NCBI RefSeq assembly: GCF_000315625.1
Contig: NW_005434577.1
Span: 36,267 to 100,266 of the forward strand
DNA length: 64,000 nt
From: Guillardia theta CCMP2712
Lineage: Eukaryota; Protista; Cryptophyta
Direction of reading: 5' to 3'
This document shows, piece by piece, positions 51,846 to 64,000 of this stretch. A model generated the notes under the pieces. It was not told where the DNA came from, did not search any database, and saw nothing but the letters and a program-made list of their open reading frames with translations. Every line of letters begins with the position of its first letter. Within the stretch, counting starts at the first letter, position 1. A program made the translations under genes and the position numbers.

Positions 51846-52253
51846 GATTAGAGGCTAAACCATACACCACCACCCACACCACCACGGAACCCTACCCCAT
51901 CACACTCCACACAGTGACCTCTCACTCCAAGAGATTTAGCAATTCCTCATACAAGCTTCTTCCAGCCGTAGTAGAATCAAGAACAGGGGGTTAACCAACA
52001 ATATTTGGCGCTGGGATAGGATGTAGATGAGATACGACTGCTCAGTGTAGTACTACAAGACCAGTGGGTCAAGAAGCTTCCAAGGGGGTAAGGGAGTACA
52101 GTGGGAGGGGGATGGGGTAGAGAGAGTGAAATGGGGGGGTGGAAGGAGGGAAGGGTTGTCACTTTGAGTAAAGGAGAAGGTTGTACGGGTGTCAACATGC
52201 ACCATGCGAGAGCGACCAATGCTGTCACCCCTGCCAACGTTTGGACAGGAACA

Positions 52254-53420
52254 ATGCTGAGATTGTACGTGCTCTGTATGCTGCTAGGGGGTTGGATGTG
52301 CCCGCAGGCCTGGGGAGCAACCACTGTGAGCTGTGGAAGCTGCACGTTTCATGTCTCGGATGAGGGATTATTGACGAGGGAGGGGAGCTGTGTGGGTGAC
52401 TGTGGAACTGATAAGTGGGGTATAAAAGAATTGTCTTTGGATTTTCTGGGCATTCGGAACATTCAGAACGGGACTTTCGATGGGCTCTCGAGCTTGGGAG
52501 AGCTAAGTCTTATGTCCAACAACCTGGAGAGTCTTCCGACTGGTTTGTTCGATCCGCTGACAAGTCTGGTACGATTGCACATAAGTTACAACAAGCTTTC
52601 AAGTCTTCCGCAAGGGATCTTTCAGAACCTCGCCAACTTGTGGGAACTTCACTTGTACCACAATCAAATCGCAAGTCTTTCCGCGGGAATCTTCGACAGT
52701 CTTGCGGGCATGTGCTGCCTGTACCTTGATGACAATCAGCTCTCCAGCCTTCCCGATGGCATCTTTGACAATCTTACAAGCTTATGGTTTCTACATCTTT
52801 ACAACAACAACCTGCAGACTCTCCCTGAAGGAATCTTCGACGGGCTCTCGAGCTTACAGCAGCTGTACCTTGACCACAACAAGATTTCCTGCATTTCTTC
52901 CAAGGCTTTCACTGGTATGTCTTCGCTTTCCACTTTAGACCTGACAGACAACAATCTACCGTGCTATCATTCGTCCTGGCCAGATTTCTCTCTATGGGAT
53001 GCGAACCTTGAACCATGCTTAAACGAAACTCGCTGCCACAACATGTCTCCAGCATTACAATGGACCCCAAGTACAACACCAACAGGACTTGCTCCACCAA
53101 TTTGGACTGTTCATCCGGACTACCTGAGCTGCCGAATACAGCATGAGTGGCAAGAAGTTGTAGATAGTGAGCTCGCGATGAACCACACCATAAAGACTGG
53201 CGGACTCGGGAAATGGATGGTGGAAGACAAGTTCGAGGTGTGGGTGTGCACCCATCGAGACAAGTGTGCAAGGCCAAGGAATGCTTTCTGTTATGTCTTT
53301 GACGAGCAGGAGGAGTTGTTTATACCATGGTAATATGCCTTGCTTCGTTGTTTTTCCAGTCTGATGCATTTCTGCAGGGGGCTAGAGGATGAGCTCATGC
53401 TAAGCAGAGTGGACGAATGA
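52254..53420 (+). CDS. Secreted LRR protein, paralog of the 28757 gene (7 full LRRs)
   Basis: Signal peptide MLRLYVLCMLLGGWMCPQAWG and the same caps and Cys-rich tail. Probable intron 53330-53377, then GLEDELMLSRVDE*. Confidence 0.9.
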
Positions 53421-53958
53421 AAGCGGTCACGTGAGCTTTTCACCATCCCTGGAGGTTTGTTTGGTTTCACTGAGAGAGCCTGACTCATAAAGTTAAGTTG
53501 AAAATCAGTACGTACTGCCCGACGGTCGCAACAAGGACCCGCGGGCCGGCAAACGGGAGGCTTGAGTCCCGCCGGGGCCCGGGGCCTGCAGTGCGGCACT
53601 CCGGGGCCGCCCGGCCCGGCAGGGTGTACGGTCGGCGCCCGCCGCCGCCGCGGGCCGGCCGCCGGGCCTGATCACAGAACTTCGGAAGTTACTGAGGGCC
53701 CACAGGCGGGACTGGGACGTGAACCACTGTTCGTGCAGTCGCTATGGCAGGTGTGGAGAGCTGAGCTGCGCTATAGGTAGAGAAGCTGAGGAGGAGAAAG
53801 AGCTGAGGAGGAGGAGTATGAGGGATCATCGAGGTCCTCAAGGTAGATGAGATAGACGTCAAGGTGCAGGAGGTAGAGGCCGCAGGAGAGAGTGGAGAGA
53901 AAGTGGAGCTTCAGCGAAGGTCAGATCTATAGGGGACAGCTTATCGTACGGGGTTGGA

Positions 53959-54590
53959 ATGTCTGTCGAATTCAAGACTATCTTGAAGCCGAAGTTCTGC
54001 TACATGCGAGTTCAACTGAGCATTGCGAATGTTCCATCGACATTTCTTGATCTTCGAATGTACAAGAGCGTAGTTATCTCTTCCATCCACGACATGTACG
54101 GCGATGTTGGGCTGCCAGGAACGATCGACGTGATTGAGATGATGGAAGACAAATCCGCGATCATCCGCGCTCCATTCGAGTGGGTGCTCCTTCTCCCATC
54201 AACTTATCCTCCGCCTTTATCTCCTCCTCACCTCGACCACTAGAACCTTCTCCTCCTCCTCTTCCTCCTCCCCTTCTACCACATCTACCTCCTCCACTCC
54301 TCTTCACCAGTCTTCCTTTCGTTTGTCTTGCTCTGCACCTGCACCTGCACCTGCACCTGCACCCGTGTTTCCCTCACCAGTACAGCAGGAAAGCGACAGA
54401 GCTCAGAAACGCTCTGTCCTTCAAGTCAAAGTTTGACGGCAACGAGTGCGTTCTGCGAGTGCTCAAGGTACATCGGAAGAGCTGAGAAGTCTTCCTCGCT
54501 CTGATCCCATGACAGGTCGCTGGTACTCTGATCTCGGTGCAGAACACTGGGACTTTCCAGCATCAGTCGCTACCAGAACCGTGTGCATGA
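53959..54590 (+). CDS. RNase P/MRP subunit of the Rpp14/Pop5 family, 3 exons
   Basis: YMRVQL..VISSIHDMYGDVG..AIIRAPFE-KATELRNALSF..VLRVLK-VAGTL. Confidence 0.7.
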
Positions 54591-54912
54591 TGGTTGTGCT
54601 AAGGAGGAGGAGGAAGGGGAAGGGTGGGGAGTTGGAGAGTGGAGATGCTCTCTCAGGGAGGAACGTGCTGTTCTGATTGTGAGGAATGTTTTGCTGAGGA
54701 TTCTTTCCGCGCAAGTTAGGTGCTTGATGATTATGTTCAGAACTTTTACCAGGCACTATCACGTGAAACCCTCCATCTACAAGTATCGCTACGGATGCGC
54801 ATCAAAGGGAGTTTGCTAGTTAGATGCAAACATACACATAGGTCAAAGAGATTTTCTTTCCTTGGCTCTTTCCCCCCCTCCTCGTCCCCGTCCTTTCTCC
54901 CCGCTAAAAGCT

Positions 54913-57900
54913 TCAGTCCTTCCTGCTCGATCGCTTCTTTGGCTGTAGGGATAGTCAGCCAATACTCCTCGGATATCATGACTAAAACGGCGGCGGCGGA
55001 GCAGGAGCAGGAGCAGGAGGCAGGAAGGAGGAGAAAGGAGGAAGAGAGGAGGCAGGATGGTAGAGCAGGGGTACCTTGCTTGATGCAGCAGCTCCTGGAG
55101 TGCTGATCTCCTCGATCTCTGCGCAGGAATGAGTTTAGCTGATTCGATTTTGTCGTGGCTAATTCTTTTACCTTCATCCTCAGCATCTTCGGCCTTGTCT
55201 ACATCGCCAACATCAGGATCCTCCCTTCCCAGCTCCCTCCCCAGTTCCTTCCCAGCTCCCTCCCCAGTTCCTTCCCAGCTCCCTTCCCAGTTCCTTCCCA
55301 GCTCCCTCCCCAGCTCTCACCTTCAGTCGTCTCCTTGTCATCAGGGGTCGGCTCGTCGGTCTTCTTGCTATCGCTGGGCTCTGCCTTCTGCTCTCGAGGG
55401 TTATGAAGGCTCGACTCCTCCTCCTCTCGACTCACCTTCTTGGCTGCCCCCTGCCTGCTCTTGGGGGCAGACTGAGCTGGGGAGATGCAGATGTAGACGA
55501 GGAGGATCATGAGCAGGGCGCAGACTCCTGCTCGCTACCGTCAGACTCGAGACGTAAATCGGAGGGGAGGTGTAGGACCGAAGACGCCGATGACGACGAC
55601 GGGCTTCTCCTTGTAGAGCTCGCCGATCTGAGTCGAGGCAGTGAGGCGGTGACAGGAGTAGCGGAAGGGAAGGAAGAGGAAGAGAAGAGAGAAGTGAGAG
55701 AAAGTAGGAGAAGGGAGGAAAAGGGAGGAGAGAGTGGGAAATAAAGGAGGATGAGAAAATAAAGGAGGATGAGGGAAGGAGGGAGGCGAGGAGGAGGAAG
55801 GACTAGCGATCAGGTAAATATCGAAACATCGTTGCTCACTTGGATCTGCATATCCGCCAGTGCCTTGGAGAGATTCTGAACCATGCCCGGAGCATTCTTC
55901 GCTATTTTAGCTGCCTCCTCCTGCACCCTCATCAACATTCGTGATGGTACAACAAGCAAACAATGAGAGGAGGAGGAACAGGAAGAACAGGAGGAACGGG
56001 GGAGGAGGAGGAGGAGAAGCAGCAGCAACAGTAGCAGAGGAGCAGCAGCAGCAGCAACAGCAGCAACATCAAGGGCACCTTGTTGCGGACTTTCCAGGTC
56101 TTCTCCGCATACGAGGTAGCCACCGCCTCGGAGTTGGTGATGAGGAGGTTGTCAAAGACGATGCCGCCTGGCGCCACGTCACGATCGCCATCGGGGAGGA
56201 GGAGGAGGAGGAGAACAAGTCTGACCAGCGTTGGTCAGGAGCTCGATGCCGATGGCGTCCATGGGATGGACGTTGTGAGGGTGGAGGTCTTCGAACCAAT
56301 CCTTGTTGGGGATCTGCCAAGCAACGTGAGATGCGACTGTCAAGAATGGGGGGCTGAGACTTGACGCTCAGGTCGAGTCCACTAGGGCAGGGAGGGAGGA
56401 GGGAGGAAGAGCGATGTATGGACAAGAGGAGGCACAAGGTTGAAGAGGATCAAGTGAGGGGGGGAGAACACGGTTGAGCAGACAGGTAGGGAGGGGAAGG
56501 AGGGGACGAGGGACGAGGGGAGGGACAAGAGGAGCGAGAGAGAGAGGGAGCGAGAAGATGGAAGCAAGTAGGCGGGACGTAGACCTTGCGAGGAGCCCAT
56601 GGGCCCTTGTAGTCGGGGTTGTCGATCTTGGGGGGGTACCATTTGCCCTTGTAGGCCGGGTTGCGGATGGTCGGGCGCTTCCACTCTCCGCATCCTACCT
56701 TGCACTGTGGGAGGTGGTGAGATCAGAGCGGATGAGTTTGGGGGAGGGGGAGTGAGGAGGAGGAGGAGGAGGAGGAGGAGAAGGAGTACGTGGTATTGGT
56801 GGTGGTGAGAAGGAGGAGGAAGAGATGAGCTTTATGAGAGGAGGGGGACAGAAAGAGAAGAAAAGTGAAAAGAGGAGAGGAGGAGAGTAAAGATTTTGAG
56901 AGGACGTAGGAGCAGGAGTCCGGGTCGAAAGACAGAACATGTACAGAAGGAAGGAAGAAACCTTAGGGTTGTCAACGATTGGGGCTTCCCAGTCTCCATC
57001 CTCCTCGTCATCCCAGTCATCAGGCTTCTTGGCTGAGCAGGTGCAGGAGATCAGAAAGAGACAGAGAGCAAGGCAGGAGCAATCTCGGTACCATCGGGAT
57101 CAGGAACACGCAGAGGCTCGTCGTCGTTCCACCCACTCGGCTTCTTGGCGTTAGCGTCCTCGATGTACTCAGGGAGAGTCTCATCCCAGTCTGTCCCGAC
57201 GCTCGTCAGCATCTGCCCAGCTATGGCAGCGGCCCCACTCACCAGCGGGCTTGCTGGCCTTGGGATCATCCATCTTGGGTTCATCGACCCAATCCGAAGG
57301 CTTGACGTCATCAGGGTCGTCGATCTCCTTGGGAGGGTTCACAGGAGGGTCCATGTCCTGCCCGCAGCCGTCAACACGAAGGGGCAACAAGAGGATCGTA
57401 GAGTAGCAGCACCTTGAGCAGGCTGCCCTTCATCTTGCTCTGCATGTCCACAAGGATCTCGAACGAGTTGTCAGGGCGGATGATAAGCGTGTACAAGTGA
57501 GTCATCCTGCACAACACGTGAACACAGGGGACATGCGCGCTTCCTGGACTCCCACTTGTCGGCTGCACTGCTTGCTGGCGTCCCCTTGGCATGCTGCAGG
57601 CCAGTCCATGTCAGCATCCTCCTCTCCTCCACTACAGACTCCACCTTCTCCTCCCATTGCTTCGTCACGGGGTTCTGGTGCTGAAGGATGAAGTGAACCT
57701 TGTCGGTGCTCCCGCAACGATCCGGCCCGAACATGATGGTGTATCGGAGGTTGTTATCAAACTCCTGCAGCTTCTTGGCCGCGTCCTTCTGCAACAACTT
57801 GATGTACGCGCCGTCGCACGCCAACCCGTTCATGGCCTTGACCTGATCACGGGGAGTGTTGACAACCTCTCTCGACCTCATCCTCCTCCTCCTACCTCAT

Positions 57901-58374
57901 ACTGCACGACAAACGTCGAGTCCTTCACTTCGATCGGCTTCTCAAAGGCCGAGGAGAGCGCATGTTTCTGCCCCGCGCTTCCCATCCTCAGCCCATAATC
58001 CTCCGTCACCTCGGAGTAGTTCTTGACCCACTCCCACTCCCCGGTGTACTCGCCTGCGGCACAACATGCGTCATCCTATCGCAAGGTGGTACGCACACTA
58101 CTTACTCGAGGTTGTGTTGACCCACTTGGACTGCCATCCCTCGCTGAAGGGTTCGAAGAAGTAGTACTGGGGAGAATGCGGGTCAACAGTCGACACGGCC
58201 TGAACTTGACTCGTGCGTACCTGGCCGTCAGGGAGCACGGATGCCGCTTTCTGCAGCTGCTCCGATGACTCCACAGCCAAGGCAGACAACAGGAGAAGGA
58301 TACACGCTGCAATTACTTTCGCCTTCGCATCATGATCAGTGAATCATACTAACCATCACAGCAGTTGTCACCAT
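54913..58374 (-). CDS. CANX: Calnexin, multi-exon
   Basis: Signal peptide, [21 protein letters not shown]-domain repeats ([12 protein letters not shown]; [18 protein letters not shown]), TM segment, acidic tail and C-terminal PKKRSSRKD*. Confidence 0.92.
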
Positions 58375-59591
58375 CCTCAGCAAAATCGGCCAGCCAGGAA
58401 GGAAGGAGGTGCAAAACTGGATCAAGAGCCTATGGCAGCATAGAGTGAGAGGAAATGAGGTCAAATGAAGCTTTTCAGTTGATCCCATGGCAGCTGAGAC
58501 CTTAAACTACGTAACATACTTGCACATGCACAGGAATTCCTATCTTTTCATCGTGGTACATACTTTCGAACACTCAAGAGCTCCTTACACTGATGTGCAG
58601 ATGAAATCATGCATCGTACAAGTCTCTGCGGGCAACGAACAACAGTGGTTGCACAGTAATCTCCATGCTCGCTTCGCTTGTCATCGACAGTCTGCTAATT
58701 CCAATGAGCACTCTCTGTGAGCGCTCGTTTCTCGAACTCCTTCTGCAGCTGCCCCTGCCCCTGCCTGTGCCCATTCCCATACCCTCCTACTCATGTTCAT
58801 GCTCCTCCTACTGCATCTCCTCCTCCTCCTCCTCCTCCTCCTCCTCCTCCTCCTCCTCCGCTCTGCTCTTGCCCATGCCCCTTGTCCGTGTCCTTGATCT
58901 TCTTCTGTTCCTGGTATGCTGCTCCTGCTCCTCTCCTCCTTCTCCGCTTCCCCTTCACTCCCTCCTTCGGACATAGTCTCCCGTCAAGATAGACCCACCC
59001 CCATGCTTCCAACCGACCCCTCCCTAAAACAATTTCTTCGTTAAGTAATTGTTTTTACTGTGATTGCCTACTTAACTAATAAATAATTAAAGACATCAAA
59101 TAAAGTGTTTGAAAATTAAAGGTAAAATTCTCTGCCCTTCGAGTTCGGTTTACCTACCCTACCCCAACATTCTACTCTTTCGACGAGCCCATCACCCTAC
59201 CGTCTAGAATCCACAAGGCGACATGATGAAAGGGGGGGTATTGAACAGACAGTTACAGTCATAAGGACCTCTTGCATGATTGGTCCTAGGAACTTGATAG
59301 ACTCTATGTAGGATGACGTAGTATGATGTAACGGAGATCGAAGTTCTCGAAGTGGGACAGGAAATCAGAGGTGTGCTAAATCTGAGACAATGTTCTAGAT
59401 TTAGCTGACCAGTAGTATTTTTAGTCTCAGGCCGTCGGACTCCGGGCCGCCCGGCGCCGAGGCATACCGAACGGCCGGGCGCCGGTGGAACTTCCCGTGG
59501 GTTGAAAGGGGATGAGGGTGAAAATAGAGAATGAGGGAGATGAGTTTCTGTTTTGTCCCGGAGTTGGGCTGGGAGTGGGGAGAGGGCATAG

Positions 59592-59681
<90 letters not shown>

Positions 59682-61082
59682 GAGGATAAGTTTGGATAAG
59701 GGAAAGGAAGATAATGAGAGAGATAGGTGATTGCCAAGGCAGACGTAGTGCTTGTAAGACAGGATGTGGCCAATCTTCAACAGAAGAGATACAAGCCGGG
59801 GGTCAAAGTTGGTATGAGGGGGGTCAGTACATAGCCGAAAGTATGAGAGGATGGCAGATGCAAAAGATACTGAGATGAATTAAATGAGAACAATACTAGA
59901 ATGCATGGATTCCGCTCGGTTCGATTGATTTGAAGATAGCTTGGGCTACATCAGAATTGGACTCACAGATTCTTTCTCGTTTGCTGTCTTGCTGATGTTT
60001 TGACATGGCAAGATTTTTACCCAGTTGTCCATTGTTAACCACTTGTACACAGGCGGGCACAACTTGCACCCGTCTGAGATGATGTCGGTGGATCGAAACT
60101 TCCTGAGTAAAGGTTGGCCCAAGAGGGGAGAGCAATGGCTGACAGATGTTCAGAGATCGCTGGTGAAGTCTTCGACAAGGATTCAAGATACATGCATGCA
60201 CCTGGTTGTGCCTTCCTTATCTGTTGAGACGCCCCAGTGACCAATGAATAGATTGCAAGCGAGTACGAAGGCTTGATGGACCTCGACGGTGGGCAAAGCG
60301 GATGGGTGAAGATGGGAAAGCGAAGGGAGAGGGGGGGCTGACTGTGCGAGGAAGACGAATATGCCTGCGGCGGTTTCAAGCGGAAGGAATGCTCAAACAT
60401 CTCTGATCCAGGTGACCTGCTTCCCGCCTTCTTCATCTACTCCCTCCCTTCTTCTCCTCTCGTCGCTCGCAACTTTCTTGCTGAGTCGACTTTGTTCAGG
60501 CGTTCGCGGTTGCCACCGGTCTGGTTCACTTAGCGGAACCTATGGAAGGAGAAACTATGTCCTCCAGCCCTGCCCGTGCTGTGAGCACATCCATGAAGAA
60601 GAAACAGGACGCGAAGTTCGCTCAAACTGTCAAGGACCTTACTTCACAGCATCTCCTCTTAGCTTCCTTCCGCCCCCCAAAGCCAGTCATCCCCGCTGAA
60701 CGCGTGACTTCCGCCCCCTCAACCTGCGCCTGCTCACTTTTACGAAAGACGACCAAGGAGAGCGAAGGAGGAACGAGCCAGCAGCTTGTGGAAATTCTCT
60801 CACGGAAGTCGGTGAGGGTGCCGGTGAAGCGTCGGCTTGGAGCTTATTTCTGCTGTCAGGCCCGTGAGATGGAAGCTTTCCAAGCGGTGCACGCAGCCAA
60901 CATGGCAGAGAACAAATTGAGAGAAGCCCTGCAACCAAAGTGAGTGGAGGACGAATAGAGGAAGAAGCCGGGGGGTTTGGGGGGAAGGCAAACAAAGGAC
61001 GAGGGGGGGTTAGGGTTGGAGGAGGAAGAGGCATGGAGGAGGAGGAACCCTCTGAAGCAGCGGCAGGTCGGATGCGGAGGGG

Positions 61083-61646
61083 ATGAAAATACTCGGGTGG
61101 TACCACAGAAGCAATGAAGCAGGGAGGGAAACAAAACGAATACGAAGGAAGCTATGCGAGCACGGGCGGGTCCGATCGAGATGCAAGGGATGCGGGGGCA
61201 GCAGCATATGCGAGCACGTGCTGGTGCGATCGGGATGCAAGGGATGCGGGGGCAGCAGCATATGCGAGCACGGGCGGGTCCGATCGAGATGCAAGGAGTG
61301 CGGGGGCGGGAGCATATGCGAGCACGGGCGGCGGCGATCGGTATGCAAGGAGTGCGGGGGCGGGAGCATATGCGAGCACGGGCGGGTCCGATCGGGATGC
61401 AAGGGATGCGGGGGCGGCAGCATATTCGAGCACGGGCGGCGGCGATCGAGATGCAAGGGATGCGGGGGCAGCAGCATATGCGAGCACGGGCGGGAGCGAT
61501 CGGTCTGCAAGGAGTGCGGGGGCGGCAGCATATTCGAGCACGGGCGGGAGCGATCGAGATGCAAGGGCTGCGGGGGCAGCAGCATATGCGAGCACGGGCG
61601 GGAGCGATCGAGATGCAAGGGATGCGGGGGAGGGAGCAGCAGGTAA
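61083..61646 (+). CDS. Protein with nine 18-aa Cys/His repeats (CEHGRxRSxCKxCGGxSI); may be an exon of a larger gene
   Basis: 54-bp tandem repeats with a C-x-H-x6-C-x2-C zinc-binding-like pattern. Confidence 0.7.
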   Translation: MKILGWYHRSNEAGRETKRIRRKLCEHGRVRSRCKGCGGSSICEHVLVRSGCKGCGGSSICEHGRVRSRCKECGGGSICEHGRRRSVCKECGGGSICEHGRVRSGCKGCGGGSIFEHGRRRSRCKGCGGSSICEHGRERSVCKECGGGSIFEHGRERSRCKGCGGSSICEHGRERSRCKGCGGGSSR

Positions 61647-62827
61647 AAGCTGGGGGAGAGCTGATCAGTGTTGTTACTCGCTTCTGACGTGTCATCATTC
61701 CGATGATTTCATGTCAGTGAGAGGACTGGCAGGCGGCATTGAGATGCAGGGGTTTGACGTAAAAACACTTGACGGATCACATGGATCATTTATCAGAGCC
61801 CAAACTTGCCCGGCCCCGGGCAAACTGAGAGGATGTAACTTCTCTATTACGACTGTTCGCTGCAATACTACCGATCAGATGGTGACCAGAGGAAGTTTTT
61901 CTCTATTTAATGAATACTCTTATCCCAGAAGTCAATCACCTACCTGCTCTTTACTACGCAACAGCATACACATGATCAGTCACTCCGTGATCCATCGAAT
62001 GTTAATAGAGCAATCCGACGAGTCCGACGGAAAAGAAACTGACTCGACACTGAGCTGAAGTCAGAGTAGAGGCCCGGAGCACCCTGGGAAATCCGGGCCC
62101 GCCCGTCGATAGACGAGGAAAGGGTCGGAACGGTGGCAAGAAGGACAGCAGATGCCGGGACAAGGAACGGCACCGCACGGTATCCGGGAGGAAGGTTGAG
62201 TCCGGTCCAGTCACTGTCTCCGGCCCGGACCTCATCCCCGCAATGATCCCCCATCAAGCGCCGGGTCAAAGTTATCCAACGGGCCGAGCGCAATGGTTGG
62301 GGGGAGGTGAGGCCGGAGGGACAAGTGAGGAGGAAGAGGAGGAGGAGGAGAAGGAGGAGCAGGTTGCTGAGAGGAAAGTAGGACATGATTGGGCGAACAG
62401 GTAAAGAGATGGGAGACGGATATGGCAAAGGAGATGGCGGGGACCTGAGGAGTTTCGCTTCAAGGTTGTGAGGAGAGGGTTATGAGAGCCGAGCAAAAGA
62501 AGAGATGAGGGAGAGAGAGAGATAGGGTGTGATGTGGAATAGATCCGAAAGGGAAAGGATGGAGGGAATGATGTGGGATTCAGAAAGACCGGGAAAGGGC
62601 AGGTGAGGTGGAATTTCAAACGGGAATAGAAGATCGGGGAGGAGAGATAAGATCGTGTTTGTTCATGGCAATGACATGAAACCTTAGGAATGTTGGGGAT
62701 CTTGTTTTCATGGGCAAAGCCCGACAATGATCGGGAATGAAATGGGCCCAAAATCGCGCTTGATCTGATTTTGGAATTGTTGTTTGAATACCCGGCGATT
62801 CCATCATCTATCCATACGGCACGTGGG

Positions 62828-64000
62828 ATGGGGATGAGACAAGAAATGATCGTCGCTGTCATGTTGCTGGGTTGGAGTATACGATCAAGTGTTGCACAGA
62901 TAACGGATGCAACAAGATCTCTGAGCAGCGGAAGCGGACTGCAGTATGCCACTGCTGGTATCCTGTCCCAATTCACCATTACTGCTTTCGAAGAGAGCGG
63001 TTTGCGCAGAACATCCGGTGGAGATGAGTTTTTGGTGCAGCTGGACGGGTCTCAGTCGTTGCGAGGATCGATCATTGACAACCTGGACGGTAGCTATCAG
63101 GCAACGTACACGGCGACGATCAGTGGGGCGTACGAGATATCCGTGTTGCTGTTGAGGGAGGGGGGCCTTTCTGCTGAGTACTTTGAGAACGTGTGGTTCT
63201 TTTACACTCCCGTCCAAGTCGCGATAGACCCTCAGATCAATCACAACTGGGGCACGGGTCTAATCACCGCAAACGCAGCAGATTACGTCAGCGTACGATG
63301 GCAAGGGAAGGTCAAACCTTACTTCACGGAAACTTACACGTTTTACTTGACAAGCGACGATGGGGCTAAGTTATGGGTTGAGGGCGTGCCTCTGATCGAT
63401 CGCTGGGACAGCTATTGCAATGAAACCTCAGCAACCATTGCGTTGCGATCCAATGTATATTCTGATATCAAGGTAGAGTACAAGGAAATTACTGGAACGG
63501 CCCTCATCTTTCTCTTCTGGGAATCTCCTTCGAGGCCAAAAGAAATCATTCCTTCATCACAATTCTTCTATGAAACACACACTGCAAAGAGCCCCTTCGG
63601 CCTTGAAATCGCTCCCACGGTGGCCAACGGGTCGACCAGTCAGGCCGTTGGGTCAGGCTTGTCAGTCGCTACTGCAGGCATTGCGGCAACTTGTACGGTG
63701 CAAGTCAATGACATGTATAGCAATGAGAGAGGTGTGGGAGGGGACAAGCTATCGTTGAGGTTGTATGCTCCATATACCCGTCAAAGTGAGTCTTGTCGCA
63801 TCGGATGCAGCAATCAGTCGAGGTCTGTTCAAGGAATCGTGATTGACAACACGGACAGCACTTACGGGATGGAGTATGCGAGTTATGTTTCAGGATACAG
63901 CACCTTATTCATTTCTTTGCTCACTAGGGGAGGCGTCATGGCTACATATTATGACACTGCTGACTTCGGGTTGCCCCGTGCTGCCCGGGCGGCTTCCACT
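62828..64000 (+). CDS. Secreted filamin/Ig-repeat + PA14-domain protein, 3'-truncated by the window edge (absent from the ORF track)
   Basis: Open frame from MGMRQEMIVAVMLLGW. Filamin-like GSGLQYATAG..RTSGGDEF..DNLDGSYQATY; PA14-like SVRWQGKVKP..YTFYLTSDDGAKLWV; a second filamin repeat follows. Confidence 0.85.
   Translation, partial: MGMRQEMIVAVMLLGWSIRSSVAQITDATRSLSSGSGLQYATAGILSQFTITAFEESGLRRTSGGDEFLVQLDGSQSLRGSIIDNLDGSYQATYTATISGAYEISVLLLREGGLSAEYFENVWFFYTPVQVAIDPQINHNWGTGLITANAADYVSVRWQGKVKPYFTETYTFYLTSDDGAKLWVEGVPLIDRWDSYCNETSATIALRSNVYSDIKVEYKEITGTALIFLFWESPSRPKEIIPSSQFFYETHTAKSPFGLEIAPTVANGSTSQAVGSGLSVATAGIAATCTVQVNDMYSNERGVGGDKLSLRLYAPYTRQSESCRIGCSNQSRSVQGIVIDNTDSTYGMEYASYVSGYSTLFISLLTRGGVMATYYDTADFGLPRAARAAST

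Noticed and set aside
54746-55186. Separate 146-aa gene
   Set aside because: The region is explained by the last calnexin exons and introns.
59850-60943. Possible multi-exon gene on the plus strand
   Set aside because: Exon-like fragments exist, but I could not build a model or recognise a product.
60856-62058. Multiple overlapping ORFs on both strands as dual coding
   Set aside because: A stop-free 54-bp GC-rich repeat keeps all frames open. Only the Cys/His frame looks protein-like.

Overview
Eukaryotic nuclear DNA from an intron-rich alga, most likely a cryptophyte (Guillardia/Hanusia-like). This is inferred from short ~45-50 nt introns mixed with microsatellite-filled introns and from a TatA with a bipartite signal+transit presequence. 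Ordinary genes: TDG/MUG glycosylase, a tandem 5'-nucleotidase/EF-hand protein, plastid TatA/Tha4, a centrin-like protein, an EF-hand/WD40/C2 protein, GPALPP1-like, RPP14/POP5-like, calnexin and a filamin/PA14 protein. A ~20 kb accessory island lies at 12.3-32.7 kb. It contains (i) two head-to-tail ~4.4 kb cassettes, each with a Crinkler/CR-type coiled-coil + P-loop NTPase + restriction-endonuclease-fold ORF, bracketed by three arrays of a 23-bp repeat; (ii) at least 8 copies of a small-ORF family with an SCLDNILAARxKL motif; (iii) a VLR-like secreted LRR gene, with a paralog at 52.3 kb; and (iv) a 35-bp array. A recent Ty3/Gypsy chromovirus (45206-51114) has an intact pol and a broken gag. Most ORFs in the supplied track are artefacts of low-complexity introns. 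All gene models were read by eye and exon boundaries are approximate.
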